Shown here piece by piece: positions 18,775 to 29,479 of a stretch of 57,774 nucleotides of DNA. The notes under the pieces were generated by a model. That model was given only the letters and a program-made list of their open reading frames with translations. It searched no databases and had not been told where the DNA came from. The position numbers were made by a program, and so were the translations under genes. Positions within the stretch are counted from its first letter, which is position 1. Every line of letters begins with the position of its first letter. Source of the stretch: Mariniphaga sp. (GTDB taxonomy: Bacteria; Bacteroidota; Bacteroidia; Bacteroidales; Prolixibacteraceae); NCBI GenBank assembly GCA_035645995.1, contig DASRQG010000684.1:1-57774 (forward strand), read 5' to 3'.

Positions 18775-20301
18775 ATGAATACAAACGGAAATATAACAAA
18801 AACCGTTTTCAGAAGTATATCATGGCTTGCAATTTTCAAGTTTAGTAGCCAGATTCTGTCGTGGGTTATTACATTAATTATAGCAAGAATACTTTCTCCT
18901 GATGATTACGGGCTTATGGCATTGGCTACAATAATAACCGGGTATGTGGAATTATTCAGTGAGCTAGGATTAGGAGCAGCAATAATTCAAAAAGAAAAGA
19001 TTACACAGACAGAACTTTCATCTGTGTTTTGGTTCGCATTGACAATATCAATTCTCCTGGGGGCGTTATGTTTTCCATTATCAAATTTAACTGCCAATAT
19101 CATGAATGAGCCCAGGGTCATACCATTAACAAGGTTTGTGGCAATACATTTTGTTATATCAGGATTATACATTGTACCATCTAATCTGCTCAGGAAAGAT
19201 TTAAAATTCAAAGAACTTGGGTTTATAGAATTAATAGCAGTAATGACATCTTTGATAGTCATGCTGATAATTGCAATACATGGTGGAGGAGCATGGGCAT
19301 TATTAAGCGGAAGCATTACCAGAAAAGCAGTAGATGTCATGATGATATATCCAAAAGCAGGATGGTATCCTAAATTTAGGTTTAATATTAAAGATGCCTT
19401 TAATCTGTTGAAGTTTGGATCTGTGCTGGCATTGGGAAGATCAATGTATTATATGCAGGAAAGATCGGATAGTTTTTTTGCCGGAAGATTATGGAAATCT
19501 GGTAATGTTGGATTGTATGGGTTTGCAAAGCAATTGGCACAGATACCAACAGACAGAATCGTTTCATTGGTAAACCAGGTGTCTTTTCCTGCTTTTTCAA
19601 AAATTCAGGACCAAAAGAAAGAATTTAAAGAATTATATTTGCGCATTTCAAAATTGACCATGTTTATTGTTATACCCTTGTTTACAGGCGGATTTCTTCT
19701 GGGAGAATTATTAATAGGAACAATATTAGAAACAAAATGGTTCTCAATGCATATGGTATTCAGATATTTATGTATTGCTCAAATATTTGTTTCAATGAAT
19801 GCAATCAATAATTTTGTACATGTTTCACAGGGGCGACCTGTATGGTCTTTGTATTACAATGTCGTAAGTGCTGCAATAATGTCAATTTCATTTTACATTA
19901 TGGTTCCATATGGCTTGAATGCAATGATAGTACCATGGATATCTGTATTTGTGATAATTTGCGTGGGCTGGACTATAATCACACTTAAAAAGATAAAAAT
20001 TTCACTAATGGAATATTTCGTAAATTTGCGCCATCCATTTCAAGGTTCGCTTTTGATAGGCTTAACTGTAACTGTAGTGAACAATATAATAAATCAGATT
20101 CCGGAGTTAACTGGTTTAAATTACATGAAACTTGCAATATTAATAACATGCGGTGCTGCTACCTATTTTATTTATTATTGGTCATTTGATAAAACATACT
20201 TAACAGACATATATAATAAATTAAAATTGCAAAAGAAGGTAGACCAAAAAATAAAGGTAATTGAGAAAAAGTCTTTAATATCAGAACAACAAAAAAAATA
20301 A
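18775..20301 (+). CDS. wzx: Wzx-type polysaccharide flippase (PST/WzxC-like)
   Basis: IARILSPDDYGLMA, ELGLGAAIIQ, L.FK, GAWAL, G.YGFA, FPAFS. About 12-14 TM segments. Confidence 0.88.
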   Translation: MNTNGNITKTVFRSISWLAIFKFSSQILSWVITLIIARILSPDDYGLMALATIITGYVELFSELGLGAAIIQKEKITQTELSSVFWFALTISILLGALCFPLSNLTANIMNEPRVIPLTRFVAIHFVISGLYIVPSNLLRKDLKFKELGFIELIAVMTSLIVMLIIAIHGGGAWALLSGSITRKAVDVMMIYPKAGWYPKFRFNIKDAFNLLKFGSVLALGRSMYYMQERSDSFFAGRLWKSGNVGLYGFAKQLAQIPTDRIVSLVNQVSFPAFSKIQDQKKEFKELYLRISKLTMFIVIPLFTGGFLLGELLIGTILETKWFSMHMVFRYLCIAQIFVSMNAINNFVHVSQGRPVWSLYYNVVSAAIMSISFYIMVPYGLNAMIVPWISVFVIICVGWTIITLKKIKISLMEYFVNLRHPFQGSLLIGLTVTVVNNIINQIPELTGLNYMKLAILITCGAATYFIYYWSFDKTYLTDIYNKLKLQKKVDQKIKVIEKKSLISEQQKK

Positions 20302-20319
20302 AATTTAATGAAAACATTT

Positions 20320-20395
20320 AATTTTTAATTACGAGAGAGAAAATTGGGACGCAGAAAGGTTCATTGCCATGAGGCAGCAATATCTATCAGATTCT
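20320..20395 (+). repeat. Dispersed intergenic element, possible highly degraded copy F
   Basis: ATTTTTAATTACGAGAG...ACGCAGAAAGGT...ATATCTA matches anchor words of the element in the same order. Confidence 0.35.
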
Positions 20396-20592
20396 ACAAG
20401 ACAGATAAAAAGTCACCAGTCGATATTCATGAGAAAAAGTGGTAGATAACGAACAAACGTTTCCGGTAAAATGTTATAGAATAAAAATCAAAGTTTTTCA
20501 TTGACTAAAAATGATTGCGACAAATGATCTAAATTAGGTATGAATAAAAAGCGATTTATCCGGAAGAGACAAAATGGAAAGATTAGAATACT

Positions 20593-21813
20593 ATGAAAAC
20601 AAAAAACTGGTTTGTATTTGCAATAATTTACTTACTGATTGATTACATTCGGCCTCAGGATCAGATAACATTTTTAAAATATCTTAGGCCTGGATTATTA
20701 GTAACAGTTATTTTGGTATTGTTTATACTGATGAATATCATGAAAATTAAAAACTTATATAATAACCAGTTATTACTGACAGGGATGTTTGTATTTTTAT
20801 TGCTTGTACTCGTACCATTTGCAAAAAACCACCGTTATGCATTTAATACAGTTGTATCAATGGCACAGATAATTCCTTTCTTTATGGCGTGTGTAATATG
20901 TGTTAACAGTGTCGAACGTCTCAAAAAGTTTATGCTGTGGATTGTAATATTTATGGTATTTCAGGCTATATATGCAATATCCCACAGTGGTACAGGATCG
21001 AGCGGAATTTTCAGAGATGAAAATGATGTATCCTTATATGTTAATACATGGCTGCCATTCTGCTATGTATTCATGATTCTGGAGAAAAAATTAATAAAAA
21101 AGTTATTATTTGGATTATTTATAATAATTGGTATCGGTGCCAATGTCGCCAGCTTTTCGAGAGGCGGATTTCTTGGATTATTAGCCATGATAATTGTGAT
21201 ATGTATTGCAAGCAGGAAAAAAGCAGCTTCACTTATAGGTGTAGGTGGAATGATTGTGATAATGATTCTATTTGCAAATGAATTATATTGGAATGAAATG
21301 AGGACAGCTGCAAATACTGAAGATGGAACCGGACGGGTCAGAATTGAATCGTGGAAGTCTGGGTATGCTATGTTTCTTGATAATCCACTGGGAGTTGGGG
21401 GAAATAATTTTCAGGTCAGATTTGAAGAATACCAGACACCATGGTTTAAAAGAGGGATGTATGGGAGAGTCTCACATTCCTTATGGTTTACATTATTACC
21501 TGAATTGGGTATTTTGGGTGTAATGATTTACTTGCTGATTATTAAGTGTAATACAGGAGATTTGATGAAAATAAAAGGTATTTCAAAACAACTGTCTCCG
21601 GAAAATAGTATTTTTCTGCGTTATATGGTTACTGCTTTTTTTGCTTCATTAGCAGGTTTTTTTGTATCTGCAACTTTCCTTTCGGTACTCTATTATTCTC
21701 ATTACTGGTATCTAACAGCATTGATTGCAGCTACTGCAAATATATCCAGGGAATGCCTGGAGGTTGAAAAGAGAACGACCAATCAAAATATTGAAACATT
21801 AATGCCTGATTAA
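20593..21813 (+). CDS. O-antigen ligase / Wzy-like polymerase family membrane protein
   Basis: YIRPQD, DEND, SFSRGGFLGL, R...W..G..MF.DNPLGVG..NF, HSLWFTLLPELG. Confidence 0.85.
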   Translation: MKTKNWFVFAIIYLLIDYIRPQDQITFLKYLRPGLLVTVILVLFILMNIMKIKNLYNNQLLLTGMFVFLLLVLVPFAKNHRYAFNTVVSMAQIIPFFMACVICVNSVERLKKFMLWIVIFMVFQAIYAISHSGTGSSGIFRDENDVSLYVNTWLPFCYVFMILEKKLIKKLLFGLFIIIGIGANVASFSRGGFLGLLAMIIVICIASRKKAASLIGVGGMIVIMILFANELYWNEMRTAANTEDGTGRVRIESWKSGYAMFLDNPLGVGGNNFQVRFEEYQTPWFKRGMYGRVSHSLWFTLLPELGILGVMIYLLIIKCNTGDLMKIKGISKQLSPENSIFLRYMVTAFFASLAGFFVSATFLSVLYYSHYWYLTALIAATANISRECLEVEKRTTNQNIETLMPD

Positions 21814-21974
21814 AGTAAAATTTAAAAAACTGCGGTTCAGGAGTAACTATTGGTAACTTTCAATTCCGTTTTCCCTGCAATGATGTCATGTTTTGCTTTG
21901 CTTAAATAATTAACAAGTAAGTAGAAATCATCTCAAAGGAAACAGTCTGTTCAGGAGCATAAAGAAAATAGATG

Positions 21975-22973
21975 TTATAGGGCGTTGATATTTATTAAAA
22001 AATTCCTGTAATGAGTCTGCCATTTTTGCTCAATATCATTTTTCATGGATAAGGTTTTTTGTGTATATCCGGGAATATCTGAAAGTACAGTCTTTATTCC
22101 GGAGCCAATACTTCCAGGTTCGTTTTCAACAAAAAAAGCTCCTCTGAAATAATCACGCAGAACAGTTTTATTTGAAGTAATTAATGGTTTACCGGCAGAA
22201 ACTGCTTCATAACACCCGCATAGCATACAATGATCAGATTTAGTTAGAACAATAATTAAATCGCTTTCCATGAGAAAGGCGGGATAATCGTTTTCAGGAA
22301 TGAAACCTGTAAATATAACACGTTCTGGGATTTTGTCAGGAAGATAATCTGGACGTTTTTTATAATTGCCAGTGATATATAGACAACAATTGGCCATGTC
22401 AAGCAAAGAAAAAGCTTTGATTACTTCACGAACAGGTTCATCCAGACCAAAAGATGCGATAAAAAGAATATTGGTGTCACCTCGTAAATTGACCCGATTG
22501 AAATTAGGAAATTCAGGTAATTTGTCGGGAAGAATAACCGGTTTGCCATTTGATTTTATGACAAGATCAGCAATAAATTTATTGGTTACTATTGTTAAAT
22601 CTGCAGATCTAAGTGAATAATAATGAAAACGCATAAATAACCATACAGGTAAAGAACCACTTTGAGGTTTGTTAAGGCGGAAATTGGAATGACGATCCAC
22701 CACAAGTCTGGTTTTTGTAATGCGAGTACAAAAACATGCTAAAGCAGCAAGAACTATCGAAGGATTTTGGACAAAAATAATGTCTGCTTTTAGAAAAAAA
22801 AGTAAAGGAATAGTTTTTAAAATGCAGACAGGATACCTTAAATATCCTGAGATGTCAAATATATATAACTTGCAACCCAAATAATTCGCCAGTTCAAGAG
22901 ATCTGCGTTGTGTTTCCCATGCAATCCATATTTTTCTATTCATGATTCTGCTAAAACTGAATTGGTAATCCAA
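21975..22973 (-). CDS. Glycosyltransferase family 4-like
   Basis: WIAWETQRRS, QNPS, VVDRHS, SFGLDEP, CGCYEAVSAGKPLITS. Confidence 0.78.
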   Translation of the reverse strand: MDYQFSFSRIMNRKIWIAWETQRRSLELANYLGCKLYIFDISGYLRYPVCILKTIPLLFFLKADIIFVQNPSIVLAALACFCTRITKTRLVVDRHSNFRLNKPQSGSLPVWLFMRFHYYSLRSADLTIVTNKFIADLVIKSNGKPVILPDKLPEFPNFNRVNLRGDTNILFIASFGLDEPVREVIKAFSLLDMANCCLYITGNYKKRPDYLPDKIPERVIFTGFIPENDYPAFLMESDLIIVLTKSDHCMLCGCYEAVSAGKPLITSNKTVLRDYFRGAFFVENEPGSIGSGIKTVLSDIPGYTQKTLSMKNDIEQKWQTHYRNFLININAL

Positions 22974-23694
22974 TAATTATATATGGGTGTTTCTGCATAT
23001 GCTACCAACTAGGAGTATCTTCAAAGAAGATAGAGGTTCCACATTGATTAAAAGGTAAAATTGGAACTTATGTATATAGTATAAAAAAAATAGGACAATG
23101 ATAAAAAATAAGATATACAGAATCAGCAAGAAAAGTGTAATAAAACTCAACATTTTATAACAAATATAAGAACAAAAAATATGCCAAATTTGAGTATAAA
23201 CAGAGTACTCAATTAAAATCATATAATTAGAGTATCATTAAAATATACAATGATTACAGGGCTAAAGGTATGTGTACATGAAAACAGGTTTAAGCAGTTT
23301 CAAATCGATAATTCCCCGGACCAAATAAGCAGACTGACCAGGTCGGAATTTGTTCTTATAGTATTAATTCATGCCAATTATAGATTGTGATTTTTAATCA
23401 GAATCTATAACTGCAATAACGACGAGCATGTAATTAAAAAATTATCAGGAGAGACAATCTGGGTTTATGTTATCAATTGTGAATACAAAAACATATAATT
23501 GAATTGATCAATTCAGAAACGAGTGATTTCGTTTCACATATATCAACACAAAGTCTAAATGGAAATAAAAATCAAAACGACTTGGTCTGATATTTGGGTA
23601 TTAAATTAAATTTGATAATACCGTTACACAGATGATTGTAGTTATAAAAAATATAACGTAATTAAGAAAAATTATGGATGAATATACCTGAGGT

Positions 23695-23856
23695 GGACGA
23701 TTTTAATTAACGATGAGCTGCATGGAGGTACAACCGCAGAAAGGTTTTTATGGATGTGTGAATGTCATATCGACCTGGTGATACGGCCAAGCCGCCATGA
23801 ATTACTTATGCCAATGTGCGCAAAGCAGGTCGCAGAAAAGAATCGTCTGATTTGGG
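23695..23856 (+). repeat. Dispersed intergenic element, copy D
   Basis: GACGATTTTAATT..CGATGAGCTGC...ACCGCAGAAAGG...GTCATAT..ACCTGGTGATACGGCCA...TTATGCCAATG...GAATCGT.TGATTTGGG is collinear with copies C and A. Confidence 0.85.
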
Positions 23857-24004
23857 ATGAATTTGGTAAAATATCTCCTTGTATGCAATCTGTTTTATAT
23901 AGTAGAAAATTAACTTGACGGAAAAATGTTATGAGGAAATATTGAGGTTAAGTTTTAAGATACAGTATTGGCATCAGTTATTAAATGTATTCAAGGATTA
24001 AATT

Positions 24005-25381
24005 ATGAATACTAAATTAGAAATGATTTATTTGAAATTACCACTATTTTTCCAGAACATTGTAATCATGTTATATGGATTTCATGAAAATAGAGTACGA
24101 TATTCAGGAATTTACAATAAATTTAGTAAAGAGATCGAAAGGAACTGTTTGTTAAGTGAGGAAGAATTGAAAAAATGGCAGGAAAACCGGCTAAGAAATT
24201 TATTAAATGACGCAATTAAAAATGTACCTTATTATAGGAAAAACATAAAGTTAAATGCATCAAAAATAAATAGATTCCGAATTGGAGATCTGAAATATTT
24301 ACCAATATTAGAAAAAAATACAGTAAAGAGATATGCTGAACAATTGGTAAGTGAATCTTTTACGGAAAAAAAGATCGAAATACACACTACAGGTACCACA
24401 GGTACTCCTCTGAAAATAATCTGTACTCCAGAAATACGACAAAAAAATTATGCATATTTCAACAGGTTTTTAAAAATTGCAGGTATTGACTATAATGGAA
24501 TAAGGGCCACTTTTGGAGGAAGGATAATAGTTGATTACAATCATAAATCACCTCCTTTCTGGCGATATAGTCACTTTCAAAAAAACATGCTTTTTTCATC
24601 ATACCATATAAGCGAAAAAACTATAGAAAGTTATACAAAAGCACTGCAGAGATTAAGGCCATCATATATTGATGCGTATCCATCAAGTTTATACATGTTA
24701 GCAAAATATGCTGAACAAAAAAGCATATCGCTGCAAAAATTGACAAAAAGCATCGTAACTTCAGCTGAAGTTTTACACCCCTGCCAAAGAGAAGTAATTG
24801 AGAAACGATTTGGAGTCCCGATCTACGATCAATATGGTTCGGCAGAAATGTGTGTATTTATAGCACAATGTGGCTTGGGGAAATATCATATTCATTCAGA
24901 TTATAGTATAGTAGAGTTTATAAAAGATGATGGTACATATGCAGGGCCAGGTGAAGAGGCTGAAATTGTGTGTACTGGTTTAATTAATCCAGTTATGCCA
25001 TTGATAAGATACAAAATCGGTGATAGAGGTATTATTTCAGAAGAAAAATGTAAATGCGGAAATAAGTTTCCAGTATTGGAAAGGATTATTGGAAGGTCTG
25101 ATGATTACATAATAACTCCAGATGGAAGAAAAATTGGAAGGTTGAGTCCGGTGTTAAAAGGATATCCTGTTCGTGAAGCCCAATATGTTCAGGAAAAACC
25201 GGATGAAATTATTGTGAATGTAGTAAAAGATGCAGGGTACAATGAAAACACTGGATGTAAAATAGAAGATGAATTGAGGAAAAGGTTAGGGGACAGGATA
25301 AAAATCTATATTAATTGTGTAAATAAAATTGAACGCGGTAAAGGAGGAAAATATAAAACAGTAATTTCGAAAATCCCTTAA
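24005..25381 (+). CDS. Phenylacetate-CoA ligase family adenylate-forming enzyme (CapK-like)
   Basis: HTTGTTGTP, AYPS, DQYGSAE, MPLIRYKIGD, GRSDD, GKYK. EPS locus context. Confidence 0.85.
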   Translation: MNTKLEMIYLKLPLFFQNIVIMLYGFHENRVRYSGIYNKFSKEIERNCLLSEEELKKWQENRLRNLLNDAIKNVPYYRKNIKLNASKINRFRIGDLKYLPILEKNTVKRYAEQLVSESFTEKKIEIHTTGTTGTPLKIICTPEIRQKNYAYFNRFLKIAGIDYNGIRATFGGRIIVDYNHKSPPFWRYSHFQKNMLFSSYHISEKTIESYTKALQRLRPSYIDAYPSSLYMLAKYAEQKSISLQKLTKSIVTSAEVLHPCQREVIEKRFGVPIYDQYGSAEMCVFIAQCGLGKYHIHSDYSIVEFIKDDGTYAGPGEEAEIVCTGLINPVMPLIRYKIGDRGIISEEKCKCGNKFPVLERIIGRSDDYIITPDGRKIGRLSPVLKGYPVREAQYVQEKPDEIIVNVVKDAGYNENTGCKIEDELRKRLGDRIKIYINCVNKIERGKGGKYKTVISKIP

Positions 25382-25697
25382 CAATAAATAAACAGTTCAG
25401 ATAAGACAACTGTTTTGTAGTGTGGTTATATATAAAACATCCCCAGTTCATTGATAATTTAAAATGACCAATGTTATTTGAAATCAAAACAGTTCATAGG
25501 AGTTATTCTGCTATACATATTCTGCAAATGGTTAACTGCTCACAATCGTAAATAATTAGAATGTCTGAATTAAATAAAATTTAAATAAAAAAAACCTTTA
25601 CCCTTTTGTTCAATAATAATATACTGCTATTCGAAAAGATGTTTTGTTATAACAGAATATCAAGAAAAGTCGGTTTAATTCTAATAAGGGACAAAAA

Positions 25698-26765
25698 ATG
25701 ACAATGTTGAAAAACAACAAATGTAACAAGAGGGAAAGGATGAATGGTATGAGTGTGAGAATCATTGCAATGTTGTTTTGTTTATTATTTTCAGGCTTAA
25801 TAAATAGAATAGAAAGTAGATTTTCAGGTGATTGTGAATGTGAAAAAATGTCCGAACATCCTGAGTGGTTATGGTGTGATGATTTTGAATCTGGAGAATC
25901 ATTAAAAGAGAAATATCAGGATGTAAGTACCAGTGGTTTGTCTGTGTCTGAAGAGGATGTGTTTGAGGGGAATTATTCTTTAAAACAAACATATACAAAA
26001 GGTCAAGATGGTGCAGGCTGGATTATCAAAGTTAATAATTCAGGATTTCCTGATCACTTGTTTATGAGATTTTACCATAAATTTGAAGGTAATTATGAAA
26101 GTTTTCCACCAAAAATGGCAAGAATACGTTACAGGCAAAGAAGTGGGAGCTGGGACAGACCGTGTGCTGTACACTTTTGGATAAGTAATTCAAAAGCAGT
26201 TGCGGATGTAAAAGCAATTAACAGTTCTCAGGCAAACAGTTCTGGGTATCTCAGTAAAGCAGTTTCCGATTTTTCATTTAAAGCAAGTGAAAATGTTAAC
26301 AGATGGATATGTTTTGAAATGGAAGTACGACTTAATACACCCGGAAAAAAAGACGGATTATATCGAATATGGGCGGATGACAATTTGATTATTGAAAGAA
26401 CGAATGTCGACCTCAGGGGTAATAAGACATACAAAATCAATGAAGTAATGCTTGATTGTTACTGGAATGGAGGGGCACCATCTCCACATAAACGTTTTTA
26501 TGATAATTTTATTATATCAACAGAAAAAATAGGTCCAGTAAAAATGGAAACCGATATTAAATTTAAGCCGCAGATAAATGAAAACAGCCATAAATCAGGT
26601 ATACGCCCCGTATTGTACGGAGTTAATAAAGCACACAACGGAACTGGAACAGGAGTTTATTTATTAAGAAAAAATGACGTATTCTCTATAGATGGTAAAA
26701 AGGTGGACAGAAACATGATAGGCGAAATTCAGAATCAGAATGACAGAAATATAATAAAAGATTAA
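25698..26765 (+). CDS. Secreted jelly-roll (polysaccharide-lyase-like) protein
   Basis: Signal peptide (likely start ATG 25749). WCDDFES, MRFYHKF, WICFEMEVRLNTPG..DG..RIW.D and YDNFIIS resemble ConA-like lyase folds. Confidence 0.55.
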   Translation: MTMLKNNKCNKRERMNGMSVRIIAMLFCLLFSGLINRIESRFSGDCECEKMSEHPEWLWCDDFESGESLKEKYQDVSTSGLSVSEEDVFEGNYSLKQTYTKGQDGAGWIIKVNNSGFPDHLFMRFYHKFEGNYESFPPKMARIRYRQRSGSWDRPCAVHFWISNSKAVADVKAINSSQANSSGYLSKAVSDFSFKASENVNRWICFEMEVRLNTPGKKDGLYRIWADDNLIIERTNVDLRGNKTYKINEVMLDCYWNGGAPSPHKRFYDNFIISTEKIGPVKMETDIKFKPQINENSHKSGIRPVLYGVNKAHNGTGTGVYLLRKNDVFSIDGKKVDRNMIGEIQNQNDRNIIKD

Positions 26766-26800
26766 TAGCCATTGTAAACAAATCGAAAAGTGTCTGGATT

Positions 26801-26834
26801 AAGGGCAGGTTAATTAACCTGCCCTTGTTTTATT
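26801..26834 (+). terminator. Rho-independent terminator (perfect 26-bp palindrome)
   Basis: AAGGGCAGGTTAATTAACCTGCCCTT (26801-26826) followed by a T-rich run, 35 bp after the stop at 26765. Confidence 0.8.
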
Positions 26835-27054
26835 ATGGACCTGATATTGCAGTAAAAATTGTAGGAATACAAAAAAAACAATTTTGTATTAATAGTAAAA
26901 CCTTACATTATCTACTTTATAATACATTTATTTTCTCTATTTAATGTATGTTACTAGGAAAATGCTCAGAAGAGGATTGAGAAGGAAAAAATTACCATAC
27001 GTTTCATGACCATACATTGTTTGAAAAAGATATCCTGAAGGTGAAAGTGAGTAT

Positions 27055-28197
27055 ATGGAACTAATATTCTGGTTATCATTATTTCAGATAATGTTTACAT
27101 ATTTCGGATATCCTGTTTCTTTAAAACTGATATCGTATATTGTAAATGTAGAACACAATAAACAAAAAACGATAACACCATTAATATCTTTCATAATTAC
27201 GGTATACAATGAAGAAAATAGAATAAGAGAAAAGATCGAAAACACAATTAACCTTGATTATCCGAAAGAAAAAATGCAGATAATTGTTTCTTCAGACGGT
27301 TCAACAGACAGAACTCACGAAATTGTTGAAGAGTTTAAAAATGCCGGAGTATATTTAATAATAAATAATGAGAGAAAAGGTAAGGAATATGCACAAGCTC
27401 AGGCAATAAAAATTGCCAAAGGCGAAATACTGGTGTTTTCTGATGCTGCAACAAGGCTGGATAAAAACGGATTGAAACAGATAATATCAAATTTTTCTGA
27501 TATTACAATTGGATGTGTAAGCAGTGAAGATAAGGTAATTTCAAAAAGTCAAAATGAAACGGGAGGTGAAAGTTTTTATGTCAGATATGAAATGTGGTTA
27601 AGAAAACTGGAGTCAGGAATAAAATCGGTTGTAGGATTAAGCGGATCATTTTTTGCAGCCAGAAAAGAAGTCTGTGAGGATTTCAGTTCAGTTATGCAAA
27701 GTGATTTTCGAACTCTACTGAATACTGTAAAAAAAGGAATGCGAGGTGTAAGTGACCCTGAAGCAAAGGGGTATTATGTCGACATTGAAGATAATTCAAA
27801 AGAGTTTGAACGTAAGATAAGAACAGTGTTAAGGGGTTTGACAGTTTTTTTAACACACCTGGAATTTATAAATATTTTCAGGTATGGATTATTCTCTTAT
27901 CAATATTTATGTCATAAAATGATGCGTTGGCTGGTACCGATATTTTTGATATTTGCATTTTCAGGCAATGCCTTTCTTTCGATAGAATCAATAGCTTACA
28001 GGATTATATTTCTACTGCAAATAGTATTTTATTCAATTGGTTTGAGTGGTATTTTAAAGCCTGAATTAAACAGGTTATTGCTAATCCGTATTCCTTCATT
28101 TTTTATTATTGTTAATTCATCAATATTAATAGCATGGATAAAATATATTAAAGGTGAACGTGTTATGGTATGGCAACCCTCATTGAGAAATTATTAA
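27055..28197 (+). CDS. Glycosyltransferase family 2 with C-terminal TM helices
   Basis: IITVYNEE, SDGSTD, KGK, FSDA, SGSFFA, QSDF, ERKIR, HKMMRW. Confidence 0.88.
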   Translation: MELIFWLSLFQIMFTYFGYPVSLKLISYIVNVEHNKQKTITPLISFIITVYNEENRIREKIENTINLDYPKEKMQIIVSSDGSTDRTHEIVEEFKNAGVYLIINNERKGKEYAQAQAIKIAKGEILVFSDAATRLDKNGLKQIISNFSDITIGCVSSEDKVISKSQNETGGESFYVRYEMWLRKLESGIKSVVGLSGSFFAARKEVCEDFSSVMQSDFRTLLNTVKKGMRGVSDPEAKGYYVDIEDNSKEFERKIRTVLRGLTVFLTHLEFINIFRYGLFSYQYLCHKMMRWLVPIFLIFAFSGNAFLSIESIAYRIIFLLQIVFYSIGLSGILKPELNRLLLIRIPSFFIIVNSSILIAWIKYIKGERVMVWQPSLRNY

Positions 28198-28297
28198 ATT
28201 CCTTAATATTAACAGATACGATTTATTTAAATTTAATAAAAACTGATAGATGTATAATAAATCATAAGAAAATAATTTCGATAAAATTGGTTTAATT

Positions 28298-29398
28298 ATG
28301 AAAAGAGTATTGCATCTTAGAAGCTCTGGTGGAATTTTGGGCGCAGAAAAGGTAATCCAGGAAATCGCAATGAAATCAGGCCATTTTGGATATGAATCAG
28401 TCGTCGGAATAATACACGATTCAGATGATCCACATCCTGAATATGTTGATTTCTTAAGGAATTATAAGATTGAAACAGTTGTGTTTGATGGGAAAGGAAA
28501 AGTTGATATTAAGAGAATAAAATGTATAGAAAAATACGTAAATAATCAAAAAATAGATTTACTCCATAGTCATGGGTACAAAGAAGATTATAATTGTCTG
28601 TTTTTGAAACAGAAAATACCTAAAATTGCAACAAATCACCTCTGGAAACGAACAAATATAAAAAGTAAAATCTATACAATCATGGATGCCTTATTTCTTC
28701 AGTTTTTTAATATTGTAACAGGGGTTTCCTCCGAGATAATGGATGATATGAAAAAATACCATTTACGAAGGACGGTAAAAATACCAAATGGAATTGACAC
28801 AGACTATTATTGCCCCATTGAGAAGAGTATATATCTATATAAAGAATTGGAGATCCCCAAAGATTCTGTCATTTTAGGAATGATATCAAGTATTACTAAA
28901 GTAAAAGGTCACGAAATTGCAATAAAAGCGTTTAAAAAAATAAGGAATAGCCGACAGATATATTTGTTGGTTATTGGGGAAGGAGAAATGAGCGATTATA
29001 TAAAAAATTTGGCGGATCTTGAAGGGATAAAGAAAAATGTAAGATTCGCAGGGAAAACAGAAAGAGTAAGAGATTACTTGTCTATAATAGACATATTTCT
29101 GATTACATCATTTCGTGAAGGCTTGCCTATGGCGTTACTTGAAGCAATGGCTGTTGAAAAACCTGTTATTGCAACAAGAGTAGGAGAAATTAAAAGAGTT
29201 ATAGCGGATAATGTAAATGGAATTTTAATAAATCCGAATGATGTTCAGCAACTGGTCCAAAGAACTGATCAATTGATCAAGGACAAAAACATGAGAATAA
29301 ATATGGGCATCGAAGCAAGAAAAAGTGTAATAAAGAAATATTCGTCAACAAAAATGGTCAGAAATTATTGCAGATTGTACGATTTAATTTCATTATGA
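28298..29398 (+). CDS. Glycosyltransferase family 4
   Basis: GGILGAE, HSHGYK, IPNGID, VKGH, REGLPMALLEAMA..KPVIATRVG. Confidence 0.9.
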   Translation: MKRVLHLRSSGGILGAEKVIQEIAMKSGHFGYESVVGIIHDSDDPHPEYVDFLRNYKIETVVFDGKGKVDIKRIKCIEKYVNNQKIDLLHSHGYKEDYNCLFLKQKIPKIATNHLWKRTNIKSKIYTIMDALFLQFFNIVTGVSSEIMDDMKKYHLRRTVKIPNGIDTDYYCPIEKSIYLYKELEIPKDSVILGMISSITKVKGHEIAIKAFKKIRNSRQIYLLVIGEGEMSDYIKNLADLEGIKKNVRFAGKTERVRDYLSIIDIFLITSFREGLPMALLEAMAVEKPVIATRVGEIKRVIADNVNGILINPNDVQQLVQRTDQLIKDKNMRINMGIEARKSVIKKYSSTKMVRNYCRLYDLISL

Positions 29399-29479
29399 AT
29401 TGCAGGCCTTTTCCCATAAACTAAGAGATGATGTTAGAAGCATTATTGGGTAGGCAAGGTGGAAAATGTTGAATGGCGC

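Noticed and set aside
20345-20362. GGGACGCA word resembling a c-di-GMP-I riboswitch
   Set aside because: The upstream GCAAA/P2 stem and the downstream P3 elements are absent.
22977-23222. 81-aa hydrophobic ORF upstream of the inverted GT
   Set aside because: Hydrophobicity follows from the T-rich strand of an AT-rich spacer. No clear RBS or motif.
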